64,000 bases of DNA from Alphaproteobacteria bacterium (GTDB lineage Bacteria > Pseudomonadota > Alphaproteobacteria > SP197), in assembly GCA_964291265.2 (NCBI GenBank), contig OZ219747.1:1312001-1376000 (forward strand), read 5' to 3'. Positions within the stretch are counted from its first letter, which is position 1. Each line of letters starts with the position of its first letter. A model generated the notes under the pieces. That model worked only from the letters and a program-made list of their open reading frames with translations, did not search any database and had not been told where the DNA came from. A program made the position numbers and the translations under genes. Positions 39,558 to 50,762 of this stretch are shown piece by piece.

Positions 39558-41570
39558 TTATGGTGTTCCGGCGGCGATGTCGGCGATGTCGCGGATGATG
39601 GCCGTGATGTCGTAGTCCCGCGGCGAGTAGGTTCTTGCCACACCGGCCTCCTCGAGGAGCGGGATGTCGGCATCGGGAATGATGCCGCCGACGACGATGG
39701 GAACGGCATCGCAGCCCTCCTCGTCCATGAGGCGCCGGATCTCCGTCACGAGGCGGATATGGGCGCCCGAGAGAATGGAGAGTCCGACCACGTGCACGCT
39801 CTCTTCGAGAGCGGACGAGGCAATCTGTTCGGGCGACAGCCTGATCCCCTGGTAGACGACCTCGACACCGCAGTCGCGGGCGCGCAGGGCAATCTGTTCG
39901 GCGCCATTCGAGTGGCCATCGAGCCCGGGCTTGCCGACAAGGAGTTTCAGCCTGCGACCCAGGGCCTGCGACGCCCGTTCCACGTGGCGCCGGGCAGTGG
40001 CGAGGTCACCGCTGGACACCGCCGGCGCCGCCGACAGTCCGGTGGGTGCCCGGTAGCCACCGAAGATTTCGCGCAGGGCTCCGCCCCACTCTCCGGTGGT
40101 CACCCTTGCCCCGGCACAGGCAATGGAGGGCTCCATGATGTTGCGGCCCTCGCGGGCAGCCGCCTTCAGATCATCGAGGGCCGCGCCTGCCGCACTGTCA
40201 TCACGACTGGCGCGCCATGCCGCCAGGCTGGCGATCTGTGACTCCTCGGCATCATGCGACACGGTCATGAAACCGTGGTCGGCAAGCGGCGAAGGCGCCG
40301 ATTCGGTGAACACGTTGACGCCGACGACCGGCGTTTCGCCCGATTCGATCGCGGCAAGTCTCCGTGCGTTCGATTCGACCAGGCGCTGTTTCATGTAGCC
40401 TGATTCAACTGCGGCGAGGGCGCCGCCCGCCCTGTCGATGACATCGAGTTCCTGCAGGGCCGCCTGCTTGAGGTCCTCGACCTTCGATTCGATGGCGGCG
40501 TTGCCGTCGAAGATGTCGTCGAACTCCAGGATGTCGGTTTCCATGGCGACGATCTGCTGCAGGCGCAGGCTCCACTGCTGGTCCCATGGCCGTGGCAGGC
40601 CAAGCGCCTCGTTCCACGCCGGCAACTGGACGGCGCGGGCCCGTGCCTTCCTCGAGAGGGTCACCGCGAGCATCTCGAGGAGAATGCGGTAGACATTGTT
40701 TTCCGGCTGCTGTTCCGTCAGTCCCAGCGAGTTGACCTGCACGCCGTAGCGGAAGCGGCGGAGCCGCGCATCCTGGATGCCGTAGCGCTTGAGCGTGATG
40801 TCGTCCCACAGTTCGGTGAAGGCCCGCATCTTGCACATTTCCGTGATGAACCGGATACCGGCGTTGACGAAGAAGCTGATGCGCCCCACGACCCGGGCGA
40901 AGCCCTCGTCCGTGACCTCGCCCGAGTCCCTGATCGCATCGAGGATGGAGACGGCGTTGGCCAGCGAGAAGGCGATCTCCTGGACCGGCGTCGCCCCTGC
41001 TTCCTGCAGGTGATAGGGGCAGACATTGACCGGGTTCCAGGCGGGTGTTTCACGGACCGAGAAGAGAATCGTGTCCGTCGTCAGCCTGAGAGAGGGTCCG
41101 GGCGGAAAAATATAGGTGCCGCGGGACAGGTACTCCTTGACGATGTCGTTCTGGATGGTCCCCTGGAGCGCCTTGCGGGTCACACCGCGCCTGTCGGCAA
41201 GCGCGATGTAGAGGGCGAAGAGCCATGGCGCGGTGGCGTTGATCGTCATCGACGTGTTCATGCGCTCGAGAGGGATGCCCTCGAACAGGGTTTCCATGTC
41301 GCCGAGATGGGAGACGGGAACTCCGACGCGCCCGACCTCGCCGCGGGCGATCGCCTCGTCGGCGTCGTGACCTGTCTGGGTCGGCAGGTCGAAGGCCACC
41401 GACAATCCCGTCTGCCCACGCTCCAGGTTCGTGCGGTAGAGCCTGTTGGAGTCCCTTGCCGTACTGTGGCCGGAATAGGTCCGCATGAGCCACGGACGAT
41501 CCCTGTTCCGGCCGGGACTGGAGGGGGAGGAACTTGTCATGACATCCATCCACGCACGGTCACCGTTCAA
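39558..41570 (-). CDS. ecm: Ethylmalonyl-CoA mutase (MeaA)
   Basis: PWLMRTYSGHS, GLSVAFDLPTQTG and B12-binding KPGLDGHSNG motifs; divergent from ccr. The start may be at 41549 or 41540. Confidence 0.93.
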   Translation of the reverse strand: MNGDRAWMDVMTSSSPSSPGRNRDRPWLMRTYSGHSTARDSNRLYRTNLERGQTGLSVAFDLPTQTGHDADEAIARGEVGRVGVPVSHLGDMETLFEGIPLERMNTSMTINATAPWLFALYIALADRRGVTRKALQGTIQNDIVKEYLSRGTYIFPPGPSLRLTTDTILFSVRETPAWNPVNVCPYHLQEAGATPVQEIAFSLANAVSILDAIRDSGEVTDEGFARVVGRISFFVNAGIRFITEMCKMRAFTELWDDITLKRYGIQDARLRRFRYGVQVNSLGLTEQQPENNVYRILLEMLAVTLSRKARARAVQLPAWNEALGLPRPWDQQWSLRLQQIVAMETDILEFDDIFDGNAAIESKVEDLKQAALQELDVIDRAGGALAAVESGYMKQRLVESNARRLAAIESGETPVVGVNVFTESAPSPLADHGFMTVSHDAEESQIASLAAWRASRDDSAAGAALDDLKAAAREGRNIMEPSIACAGARVTTGEWGGALREIFGGYRAPTGLSAAPAVSSGDLATARRHVERASQALGRRLKLLVGKPGLDGHSNGAEQIALRARDCGVEVVYQGIRLSPEQIASSALEESVHVVGLSILSGAHIRLVTEIRRLMDEEGCDAVPIVVGGIIPDADIPLLEEAGVARTYSPRDYDITAIIRDIADIAAGTP

Positions 41571-41576
41571 TCATGC

Positions 41577-41666
41577 TGCGATGCAATAAGCGTTGCAAAC
41601 ACCTGACTGACCAAAAACAATGGGGATTGCAGCTGGTTCTCCGTTGACATGTTGCAGCGCAACATG
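41577..41666. promoter_or_regulatory. Two TGC-N3-GCA boxes (PhaR-like) in the ecm/ccr divergent promoter
   Basis: TGCGATGCA at 41577-41585; palindrome CATGTTGC-AGC-GCAACATG at 41648-41666 overlapping TTGACA at 41644. Confidence 0.6.
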
Positions 41667-41697
41667 AAAGTGGCCGGGTTGAAGACGACGGGAGCAC

Positions 41698-42990
41698 GTG
41701 ATGGTCATGGCAGCCGATGCACCCTCCGGAGAGTACGAGGCGCCGATCAAGGATCTCTATGAAGTCGGCGAGATTCCGCCGCTGGGCCATGTGCCGGCCA
41801 ACATGTATGCGTGGGCCATCCGCCGTGAACGTCACGGCGAACCCTCGACGGCGATGCAGGTGGAGGTGCTGCCGACGCACGAGATCGACAGCAACGAGGT
41901 CCTGGTTCTCGTCATGGCGGCGGGTGTCAACTACAACGGTGTGTGGGCCTCTCTCGGCATTCCCATCAGTCCCTTCGACGTTCACGGGAGTGACGTCCAT
42001 ATTGCCGGATCCGATGCTTCGGGAATCGTCTGGGCCGTCGGGTCCAGGGTGAAACGCTGGAAGGTCGGTGACGAGGTCGTCATCCACTGCAACCAGGACG
42101 ATGGCGACGACGAGGAATGCAACGGTGGTGATCCGATGTATTCCACCAGCCAGCGCATCTGGGGCTACGAGACAGGTGATGGCAGCTTCGCCCAGTTCAC
42201 CCGTGTCCAGGCCCAGCAGCTCATGGCCCGCCCGCGCCACCTCACCTGGGAGGAGTCGGCCTGCTATACCCTGACCCTGGCGACAGCCTACCGCATGCTG
42301 TTCGGCCATCGGCCGCACATCCTCAGACCCGGTCACAACGTGCTGGTGTGGGGCGCCTCGGGAGGTCTTGGATCCATGGCCGTCCAGCTGATCGCCACCG
42401 CCGGCGCCCATGCCATCGGCGTCATCAGCGAGGAGGAAAAGGCCGATTTCGTGCTGTCGCTTGGTGCGCGCGGAGTCATCAACCGGAAGGACCATGACTG
42501 CTGGGGGCGGCTGCCGGAGGTGTCGGATACGGCGGCCTATGGCGCCTACATGAAGAAGTGCCGTGAGTTCGGGAAGGCCATCTGGTCCTTCACCGGCAAG
42601 GGCCATGATGTCGATTTCGTCTTCGAGCATCCGGGCGAGTCGACGTTTCCGGTCTCGTGTTTTGTCGTCAAGCGCGGCGGCATGGTGGTGTTCTGCGCCG
42701 GGACCACCGGTTACAACATCACCTTCGACGCCCGTTTCGTATGGATGCGCCAGAAGCGCATCCAGGGCAGTCACTTTGCCAACCTCATGCAGGCGGCACA
42801 AGCCAACCGGCTGATGCTGGAACGTCGTCTCGATCCCTGCATGTCGGAAGTCTTCTCGTGGGACGACATTCCCCGCGCCCACATGAAGATGCGGGCCAAC
42901 CAGCACAAGCCGGGCAACATGGCGGTTCTCGTGCAGTCTCCGCGACCGGGTCTGCGCACTCTCGAGGACGTCCTCGAAGGGGCCGGATGA
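41698..42990 (+). CDS. ccr: Crotonyl-CoA carboxylase/reductase
   Basis: KDLYEVGEIPPLGHVP, AAGVNYNGVWA, IWGYET and WMRQKRIQGSHFA motifs. Confidence 0.96.
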   Translation: MMVMAADAPSGEYEAPIKDLYEVGEIPPLGHVPANMYAWAIRRERHGEPSTAMQVEVLPTHEIDSNEVLVLVMAAGVNYNGVWASLGIPISPFDVHGSDVHIAGSDASGIVWAVGSRVKRWKVGDEVVIHCNQDDGDDEECNGGDPMYSTSQRIWGYETGDGSFAQFTRVQAQQLMARPRHLTWEESACYTLTLATAYRMLFGHRPHILRPGHNVLVWGASGGLGSMAVQLIATAGAHAIGVISEEEKADFVLSLGARGVINRKDHDCWGRLPEVSDTAAYGAYMKKCREFGKAIWSFTGKGHDVDFVFEHPGESTFPVSCFVVKRGGMVVFCAGTTGYNITFDARFVWMRQKRIQGSHFANLMQAAQANRLMLERRLDPCMSEVFSWDDIPRAHMKMRANQHKPGNMAVLVQSPRPGLRTLEDVLEGAG

Positions 42991-44633
42991 ACGCCGACAC
43001 CCTTCTCGCACGCTGCCGCGGCGCCCTTGACGCCGCTGACCGGCTTCTCGGGGCCGCCCGCGAGGGGACGAGGGGCATGGTGGTCGATGCCGATGGGGCC
43101 ATCGATCCCCGGCGCATCGATTCATGCCAGCATGCGGTCCACGGCCTTGCCTGGGTGGCAACCTCGGTCGAGAGCCTCCGCCAGATGCTCCGTTGGGCCG
43201 AATTCCTCGAGCCGGAGGGACGGTTCGGCGAAACGGAACAGCTTGTCCTCGACTGCGCCTTCCAGGAGTCCCTGGCCCAGCTGACCGGCGGAATTGCCAT
43301 GAGCCAGGGGGAAGTCGTGCGTCTGCGTGACCTTTCGGTCAGCGGCGACGATCTCCATGCCCTGTGGACCGATGACGTGGCGGACCTGATCAACCGCGGA
43401 TCGACGAAGGAGAGTCTGTCACGGCTCGCCCTCCTCCTCGGCGAAGGGCGTGTCGCCGACTCCGGACTCGAAGGCGACCTTGTCATGGTCCGCGACCAGT
43501 TCCGCCGCTATGCCGACGAGCGCATCAGGCCCGGAGCGCACGCCTGGCATCTCGGTGACGAGCTGATTCCCCTCGAGATTCTCCGGGAACTCGCCGACCT
43601 TGGCGTCTTCGGGCTGTCCGTGCCTGCGGAACACGGAGGTCTGGGTCTCTCGAAGGTTGCGATGTGCGTGGTGACCGAAGAGCTCTCGCGCGGTTACATT
43701 GGCGTCGGCTCACTTGGTACGCGCACGGAAATTGCCGCCGAGCTCATCATCGCCAGCGGTACGCCCGAGCAGCAGCAGCGGTGGCTTCCGGGGATCGTTT
43801 CCGGGGATATCATCCCGACAGCGGTCTTCACGGAACCCGGCACTGGCTCGGATCTCGGCAGTCTCGCGACCCGCGCGGTACGCCACGGCGATCGCTATCT
43901 TGTCACCGGCAACAAGACCTGGATCACTCATGCCGCCCGGGCCGATCTCATGACTCTCCTGGCGCGTACCGATGGGGATGAACCGGGCTACCGGGGCTTG
44001 AGCATGTTTCTGGCCGGGAAGCCGCGTGGCACGCAGGAGGACCCGTTTCCCGCTCCCGGCATGTCGGGTGGCGAGATCGGCGTTCTCGGTTATCGTGGCA
44101 TGAAGGAATACGAGATCGGCTTCGACCGCTTCGAGGTTCCGGCCGGGGACCTGCTTGGCGGCGAGGAAGGCAAGGGGTTCAAGCAGCTCATGGCGACGTT
44201 CGAGTCGGCACGCATCCAGACCGCGGCCAGGGCCACCGGAGTGGCCCAGGCCGCTCTTGAAGCGGGCCTGGCCTATGCCCTGGAACGTCATCAGTTCGGT
44301 CGCGCCATCGCCGGGTTCCCGCGCGTTGCCAACAAGCTGGCATGGATGGCCGTCGAGACGATGATGTCCCGCCAGCTGTGCTGGTATGCGGCGCGCCGCA
44401 AGGACTCCGGCCGGCGCTGCGATCTCGAGGCTGGCATGGCAAAGCTTCTCAGCGCCCGGGTGGCCTGGTCGGCGGCCGACAACACCCTGCAGATCCATGG
44501 CGGCAACGGCTACGCCCTCGAGTACGAGGCGAGTCGGCTACTGTGCGATGCCCGTATCCTCAACATCTTCGAGGGGGCAGCGGAAATCCAGGCACAGGTG
44601 ATCGCCAGGCGTCTGCTCTCCGCGGCGAACTGA
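42987..44633 (+). CDS. mcd: (2S)-methylsuccinyl-CoA dehydrogenase
   Basis: N-terminally extended ACAD (QHAVHGLAW), FTEPGTGSD, ESARIQTAARA and FEGAAEIQ motifs; follows ccr. Confidence 0.9.
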   Translation: MNADTLLARCRGALDAADRLLGAAREGTRGMVVDADGAIDPRRIDSCQHAVHGLAWVATSVESLRQMLRWAEFLEPEGRFGETEQLVLDCAFQESLAQLTGGIAMSQGEVVRLRDLSVSGDDLHALWTDDVADLINRGSTKESLSRLALLLGEGRVADSGLEGDLVMVRDQFRRYADERIRPGAHAWHLGDELIPLEILRELADLGVFGLSVPAEHGGLGLSKVAMCVVTEELSRGYIGVGSLGTRTEIAAELIIASGTPEQQQRWLPGIVSGDIIPTAVFTEPGTGSDLGSLATRAVRHGDRYLVTGNKTWITHAARADLMTLLARTDGDEPGYRGLSMFLAGKPRGTQEDPFPAPGMSGGEIGVLGYRGMKEYEIGFDRFEVPAGDLLGGEEGKGFKQLMATFESARIQTAARATGVAQAALEAGLAYALERHQFGRAIAGFPRVANKLAWMAVETMMSRQLCWYAARRKDSGRRCDLEAGMAKLLSARVAWSAADNTLQIHGGNGYALEYEASRLLCDARILNIFEGAAEIQAQVIARRLLSAAN

Positions 44634-44661
44634 CCATGGCGGCACGGCGCAGGGTGACGTC

Positions 44662-44859
44662 ATGAACTGGATCGGCTATGTGATTCTGGGCCTTGCCGCC
44701 CTCACCCTTGTGGCCCTCTTCGTCGGCATCGGCGGGTTTGCCCGCGGAGGCGAGTTCAATCGGCGTCACGGCAACCGCATGATGCGCTTTCGCGTGGCAT
44801 TTCAGCTGGCCGCGCTGGTTCTTCTCGCCGTCATGTTTCTCGTCATGCAGGGAGGGTAG
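44662..44859 (+). CDS. Twin transmembrane helix small protein (HIG1-like)
   Basis: GGEFNRRHGNRMMRFRVAFQ between two hydrophobic helices. Confidence 0.85.
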   Translation: MNWIGYVILGLAALTLVALFVGIGGFARGGEFNRRHGNRMMRFRVAFQLAALVLLAVMFLVMQGG

Positions 44860-44863
44860 AACC

Positions 44864-45433
44864 ATCGTCAGGCTGGACAGGATCTATACCCGCGGCGGAG
44901 ACCGGGGCGAGACGTCCCTGGGCGACGGCAGCCGGGTGGCCAAGCACGCTCTCAGGATCGAGGCCTTCGGCACCGTGGATGAGGCGAACTCCGTGATCGG
45001 CCTCGCCAGGGTGCATGCCGACGGCGACTGTGACGCGATGCTGGCGCGCATCCAGAACGATCTCTTCGATCTCGGGGCCGATCTTGCCGTGCCCGAGGAA
45101 GGGCGCCGCGGCGCCGGTGCGCTGCGGATCACTCCTGACCAGGTGGCACGTCTCGAGAGTGAGATCGATGCCATGAACGCCAGCCTCGAGGCGCTGACTT
45201 CCTTCATCCTGCCAGGAGGGTCCAGTGTTTCGGCGTGGCTGCACCTGGCGCGTACGGTGGTCCGCCGGGCCGAACGCCTGATCGCCGCGCTCTCCCTCGA
45301 CGAGACCGTCAATCCGGCAGTCCTCGAATACGCCAACCGGCTCTCCGATCACCTCTTCGTGATGGCGCGCCGTCGCAACGACAACGGCCGCGCCGATCAT
45401 CTGTGGACTCCCGGCGCTACCCGGGAAGGGTGA
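44864..45433 (+). CDS. pduO: PduO-type cob(I)alamin adenosyltransferase
   Basis: (I)VRLDRIYTRGGDRGETSL, GTVDEANS, FILPGG, RRAER and NRLSD motifs. The apparent start codon is ATC. Confidence 0.9.
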   Translation: MVRLDRIYTRGGDRGETSLGDGSRVAKHALRIEAFGTVDEANSVIGLARVHADGDCDAMLARIQNDLFDLGADLAVPEEGRRGAGALRITPDQVARLESEIDAMNASLEALTSFILPGGSSVSAWLHLARTVVRRAERLIAALSLDETVNPAVLEYANRLSDHLFVMARRRNDNGRADHLWTPGATREG

Positions 45434-45551
45434 GCCGGCATGCGCTGACGTTTCGTTGACTTCGGCAATCGAGCGGTCTTAGTGTGCCTCGCGAATTCCT
45501 GCCGCGGATTCCGGTCATCCCTTTCACAACAAGCGCCTGGAGAGGCACGCC

Positions 45552-46301
45552 ATGAAAGTGCTCGTCCCGGTCAAGCGGGTCATTGATTACAACGTCAAGG
45601 TGCGCGTCAAGGCGGACCGCACGGGCGTTGATCTGGCCAACGTCAAGATGTCGATGAACCCCTTCGACGAAATCGCCGTCGAGGAGGCGATTCGCATGAA
45701 GGAGGCGGGAACCGCCACCGAGGTGATCGCCCTCTCCCTGGGACCGACCCAGAGCCAGGAAACCCTGCGCACGGCCTTGGCCATGGGCGCCGACCGCGCC
45801 ATCCATGTCGTTCACGACGGTGATCTCGAGCCGCTTGCCGTGGCCAAGATGATCGCCCGTATCGTCGCCGAGGAGTCGCCCGATGTCGTCATCCTCGGCA
45901 AGCAGGCGATCGATGACGACGCCAACCAGACCGGCCAGATGCTCGCCGGGCTGCTGGGTTGGGCCCAGGGCACGTTCGTCTCGAAGGTCGAGGCAACCAA
46001 CGGTTCGCTGAATGTCGTGCGCGAGGTTGATGGCGGACTCGAGTCGGTGGTGCTGACAATGCCGGCGATCATCACCGTGGATCTCCGGCTCAATGATCCA
46101 CGCTACGCGTCACTCCCCAACATCATGAAGGCGCGGAAGAAGGAAATCGCGAGGCGTACGCCTGACGAGCTCGGGGTCGACGTGACACCACGCCTGAAGG
46201 TGATCGGTGTCGAGGAACCGCCACGCCGCCAGAGCGGCATCAAGGTCGGTTCCGTCGGGGAGCTGGTGGACAGGCTGCAGAACGACGCGGGAGCGATCTG
46301 A
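45552..46301 (+). CDS. etfB: Electron transfer flavoprotein beta subunit
   Basis: [24 protein letters not shown] and GKQAIDDD motifs. Confidence 0.96.
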   Translation: MKVLVPVKRVIDYNVKVRVKADRTGVDLANVKMSMNPFDEIAVEEAIRMKEAGTATEVIALSLGPTQSQETLRTALAMGADRAIHVVHDGDLEPLAVAKMIARIVAEESPDVVILGKQAIDDDANQTGQMLAGLLGWAQGTFVSKVEATNGSLNVVREVDGGLESVVLTMPAIITVDLRLNDPRYASLPNIMKARKKEIARRTPDELGVDVTPRLKVIGVEEPPRRQSGIKVGSVGELVDRLQNDAGAI

Positions 46302-46302
46302 C

Positions 46303-47256
46303 ATGGCGATACTGGTCTATGCGGAACACGACAATCGGGAGCTTGCGGCGGCCACCGCAAGCACCGTGACGGCCGCCCTGGAGATGGGCGGCGACATCAC
46401 CGTCCTGGTGGCGGGCAGCGGTTGCGGAACGGTGGCGCAGGCCGCTGCCCGGACAGCCGGCGTCGCCCGTGTCCTGCTTGCCGACGAGGCGCCGCTCGAA
46501 GCCCAGCTTGCCGAGAACGTCGCTCCGCTCATCGCCAGCCTGGCGCCGGACTACAGCCATGTCGTGGCGCCGGCGACCACCACCGGCAAGAACATCATGC
46601 CGCGGGCTGCGGCGCTGCTTGACCGGCAGCAGGTCTCGGACATCACCGCCGTGGTGGCTGCCGATACCTTCGTGCGCCCGATCTACGCCGGCAACGCCAT
46701 GGCCACGGTGCAGTCAACCGACGACATCGTGTTTGTCACGGTTCGCACGACGGCCTTCGACGCGGCGCAGGAGAGCGACACGGCGGTTGCCGTCGAGACG
46801 GTGTCGGGCGCGGCCGATGCCGGTCTCTCCAGATTCGAGGGCGCCGCGCTTTCCGGTGGCGAGCGCCCCGAACTGACCACGGCCCGCGTGGTCATTTCAG
46901 GCGGCCGCGGCATGAAGTCCGGAGACAACTTCGCCATGCTCGAGGAGGTGGCGGACATTCTCGGGGCGGCTGTCGGCGCCAGTCGGGCCGCCGTCGATGC
47001 CGGTTACGTGCCCAATGACTACCAGGTGGGACAGACCGGCAAGGTGGTGGCGCCGGAACTCTACCTTGCCGTCGGCATCTCGGGCGCGATCCAGCACCTC
47101 GCCGGCATGAAGGACAGCAAGGTCATCGCCTGCATCAACAAGGACGAGGAGGCGCCGATCTTCCAGGTTGCCGACTTCGGTCTGGTTGCGGACCTCTTCG
47201 ATGCCGTTCCTGAACTGAAGGCCGAGCTGGAGCGAAGAGGCGTCCAGCCGCGGTGA
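46303..47256 (+). CDS. etfA: Electron transfer flavoprotein alpha subunit
   Basis: [25 protein letters not shown] and [12 protein letters not shown] motifs. Confidence 0.96.
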   Translation: MAILVYAEHDNRELAAATASTVTAALEMGGDITVLVAGSGCGTVAQAAARTAGVARVLLADEAPLEAQLAENVAPLIASLAPDYSHVVAPATTTGKNIMPRAAALLDRQQVSDITAVVAADTFVRPIYAGNAMATVQSTDDIVFVTVRTTAFDAAQESDTAVAVETVSGAADAGLSRFEGAALSGGERPELTTARVVISGGRGMKSGDNFAMLEEVADILGAAVGASRAAVDAGYVPNDYQVGQTGKVVAPELYLAVGISGAIQHLAGMKDSKVIACINKDEEAPIFQVADFGLVADLFDAVPELKAELERRGVQPR

Positions 47257-47277
47257 CCGGGGGATAGGTTGTTGGGC

Positions 47278-48153
47278 ATGGAGATCAGGAGCATCGGTGT
47301 CATCGGTGCCGGCCAGATGGGGTCGGGAATCGCCCATGTCTGTGCCCTGGCGGGATACGGCATCCTGATGGTCGACATGTCGCGGGCCATCGCGGAGGCC
47401 GGAGTCGAAGTGGTGCGTTCCAACATGGAGCGCCAGCGGCGGCGTGGTGTCATCGACCAGGAACAGATGGATGCCGCGCTTGGCCGCATTGCCGTGGTCG
47501 ATTCCTATGCAGGACTGGCTGACTGCGACTGTGTCATCGAGGCCGCTACCGAGAACGAGAAGGTCAAGAAGGAGATTCTCGCCGAGCTGACATCGTTCCT
47601 CAAGGCGGATGCCATCATCTGCACCAACACCTCGTCGATTCCCATCACACGCCTTGCGGCGGCCACCGACCGGCCGGAGAGGTTCATGGGCATGCACTTC
47701 ATGAACCCGGTGCCGATGATGAATCTGGTCGAACTGATCCGCGGACTGGCCACCGACAGCGAGACCTTCGACACCATCCGCGCCCTGACGCTGGAGCTCG
47801 GCAAGGTTCCGGCCAACGCCGAGGATTTCCCGGCCTTCATCGTCAACCGCATCCTGCTGCCGATGATCAACGAGGCAGTCTATGCCCTCTACGAGGGCGT
47901 CGGTACGGTCGACTCCATCGATACCGCGATGCGGCTCGGCGCCAACCATCCCATGGGACCGCTCGAACTCGCCGACTTCATCGGCCTCGATGTCTGCTAT
48001 TCCGTCATGCAGGTGCTCTACGACGGCCTTGCGGACACCAAGTACCGTCCGTGCCCGCTGCTCGCCAAGTATGTCGAGGCGGGCTGGCTCGGTCGCAAGT
48101 CCGGCCGCGGCTTCTACGATTACTCGGGCGAAACTCCGGTACCGACGCGCTGA
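47278..48153 (+). CDS. hbd: 3-hydroxybutyryl-CoA dehydrogenase
   Basis: GAGQMG, NTSSI, HFMNP, FIVNR and HPMGPL motifs. Confidence 0.93.
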   Translation: MEIRSIGVIGAGQMGSGIAHVCALAGYGILMVDMSRAIAEAGVEVVRSNMERQRRRGVIDQEQMDAALGRIAVVDSYAGLADCDCVIEAATENEKVKKEILAELTSFLKADAIICTNTSSIPITRLAAATDRPERFMGMHFMNPVPMMNLVELIRGLATDSETFDTIRALTLELGKVPANAEDFPAFIVNRILLPMINEAVYALYEGVGTVDSIDTAMRLGANHPMGPLELADFIGLDVCYSVMQVLYDGLADTKYRPCPLLAKYVEAGWLGRKSGRGFYDYSGETPVPTR

Positions 48154-49100
48154 TCACCCTTATGGCCATGAAAGGGCAAGGATGGCCTCCGTTTTCACCC
48201 GGGGCGCCTTGCCAAGCGGCCTGGCCGTTCTCGTCGCCATGCTCCCGGAGGGACGAGTTCCGTGCAGCACCTCGTCGACTTCGCGCGCCGTTCGGTCAAG
48301 GCCGTCAGGGGTAGGCAATCCGATTCCCGAGGAACGGGAGAGGCGCACTGAGTGCGCGCGCCGGACTGCTGCCATGGCTTGCGACGAGGCCAACCGTTCA
48401 GGATGCACCTTTTCTGCCCGCGTAAGCGTTCGGCCGTGCGGTGATGGCTGATTTTGGTTGGTTTGGGGCTTGCTGACTATTGTCTGAGAAAGTTCTGGTA
48501 AACCCGTTTGGTCTCGATTATGGTCGGGGCCATGGAGACTTTCGACGAGGCGTGCGGAGCGGCACAGCAGCTGACGGGAGGTGGCGACGGCCTATGTCTG
48601 GCGCCATCGGCCTTGTCATGCGAGGTGTCTGACTGGCGTGCGCTCTATGAGGCGGAGCGGGTCCGTGCTGACACATTGCAGTTTGATCTCGACCGCACTC
48701 GTGATCAGCTCAAGGAGGCTCGCGCGGAGGTGCGGGCGGCTCGCCGGGATGTGAAGCGGGGGCAGACCCTGGCGGAGGCGCTGAAGCGGGAAAGGGACGC
48801 TCTGAAGCGTAAGAACGCTGAACAGGCGAGCGAGCTGAGGAAGCTGCGCGGGACGCGTGAAAAGCACGCGAAGGCGCGCTTCGGGTCGAAGAGCGAGAAG
48901 CGGAAGAAGAAGGCAGGCACAGGGAACAAGCGGGGTCAGCAACCTGGCAAGAGCGGCCACGGGCGCACCCCGCGTCCGAAGCTTGAGGAGAAACACGAGC
49001 GCCATGATCCACCGGCATCGCAGCGCACGTGCCCGTGTTGCGGCGAGCCCTATGTGGCCAACGGCAGCCACGAGACCTCGATCATGGAGGTCCATGTCAA

Positions 49101-50762
49101 GGGTGCAGTTCTCGTATGGAGAAGCCAAGTCATTGATTTATCACGGTTGTGCGGTCGCGATGGAGCGGCGAATACGGGGTTTCGTGACAATTGCCCGTTT
49201 CAGGACCGGATTTTGTCACGATGGCAGGGCTTGGCGGTGGATGCGGGAACGCTCCGCACCGCAAGATGCGATATGATGCTGGCTTGAAACCACAACATCA
49301 GGAGCGCTCCCATGTCAGTGTCACAGCTTCGGCCTTCCGCGTCCATCGATCTTCTCGGCTTGCCGCCTCGGGTTGTCGAAGCGGTCACGCAAGTGACCGC
49401 GGTGTGTCATCGACAGCTTGGTTCAGAGCGCTCTGCCGAGGCCTTCGAGGAAGCGGAGCGGCGGGTGCTTGAGAGCGTGCACGCGCTTGGTTGCGAGATC
49501 CTGGGTGCCTGTGCCGAGGCCCGGGACGACGGTGCGCCCCGGATCGAACGGGACGGGCAGAACTGGTTCCGTGTGGCGCCGACGCCGAAGACGATCATGA
49601 CCTCGCTCGGCCCGGTGACCTTTCGGCGTGCGCGCTATCGCACCGGCGGGCACTGCCGGTCGCTGATGCCGGTGGACGAAAGCCTGGGCCTCGTCGACGA
49701 CGACCTGACACGGCCGGCGGCTCAGCTTGGGCTGATGATGATGGTCCACTGCACGGCGCGGGAAGCGGAGGCGTTCTTCGGCAAGCTCGGCGCCATGACG
49801 CCGTCTGTGAGCACCTTGCAGCGCTTGAGCCTGACCATGCAGGAGCGTTGGGAACGTCTCGGTCCGCAGGCCCTGGATGGCATCCGGGAAGCCGAGGACA
49901 TCCCGCAGGACGCGGTCACCGCCTCGGTCTCGCTCGACGGCGTCATGGTGGCGCTGCGGGCCGGCGAGGACGGCCGTAGCGAGGCCTGCTGGCGCGAGGC
50001 GGCCTGTGGCACAGTCTCCTTCCACGATGCCGACGGTGAGCGCCTGAAGACCGTCTATCTCGGCCGCATGCCCGAGCGCGGCAAGTGCACGCTGAAGGTG
50101 CAGCTGGCAAGCGAGGTCGCGCATATCAGGCGCGAGCGTCCCGAGATCAGGATCAGCGCCATCGCCGACGCCGCCGCCGACAACTGGACCTTCCTCTCTG
50201 GTCTTGAACCCGAAACCGAGGTGATCGACTTCTGGCATGCCTGCGAGCATCTGCGCGTGGTGGCCGACCATGCAGCGGCGCCCCACTGGTTCGAGAAGTA
50301 CCGCGAGATCCTGCGTCACGACCCCCGCGGCATCGACAGGGTGATCCGGGCGCTGCGCCACCTTCGCGACACCGCCAAGCCGGCGGGCCGAGCCGACATC
50401 GACAGGGAACTGGCCTTCTTCCGCAAGCATCGCCACCGCATGCGCTACCACGCGCTGAAGCAACAGGGGATCGCCATCGGCTCGGGACTTGTCGAGGCAG
50501 CCAACAAGACCCTCGTCACACAGCGCATGAAGCGCTCCGGCATGCGCTGGCGCATCGTCGGCGGACAAGCCGTTCTCACCTTCCGCGCCCTCATCAAATC
50601 CGGCCGCTTCGAGAGCGCGTGGACAGCCATGATCGGGGCAGACGACGCACCAGCCAACGACAACATCAACCCACATCACACCCCGGCGCTGGCCGCATGA
50701 GATGAAACAATTGAACTAAGCCCATAACTTAAGCGCATAACTGCCATACTAGACTCACACCC
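49101..50762 (+). mobile_element. ISKra4/ISLre2-like (IS256-related) element with an 8-bp TSD
   Basis: CATGTCAA at 49093-49100 and 50763-50770; imperfect IRs GGGTG....TCT.GTATGG. Confidence 0.9.
49312..50700 (+). CDS. ISKra4-family (UPF0236-like) transposase
   Basis: SLDGVMV, IADAA, DFWHACEHL, IGSGLVEAANK and RMKRSGMRW motifs. Confidence 0.9.
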   Translation: MSVSQLRPSASIDLLGLPPRVVEAVTQVTAVCHRQLGSERSAEAFEEAERRVLESVHALGCEILGACAEARDDGAPRIERDGQNWFRVAPTPKTIMTSLGPVTFRRARYRTGGHCRSLMPVDESLGLVDDDLTRPAAQLGLMMMVHCTAREAEAFFGKLGAMTPSVSTLQRLSLTMQERWERLGPQALDGIREAEDIPQDAVTASVSLDGVMVALRAGEDGRSEACWREAACGTVSFHDADGERLKTVYLGRMPERGKCTLKVQLASEVAHIRRERPEIRISAIADAAADNWTFLSGLEPETEVIDFWHACEHLRVVADHAAAPHWFEKYREILRHDPRGIDRVIRALRHLRDTAKPAGRADIDRELAFFRKHRHRMRYHALKQQGIAIGSGLVEAANKTLVTQRMKRSGMRWRIVGGQAVLTFRALIKSGRFESAWTAMIGADDAPANDNINPHHTPALAA

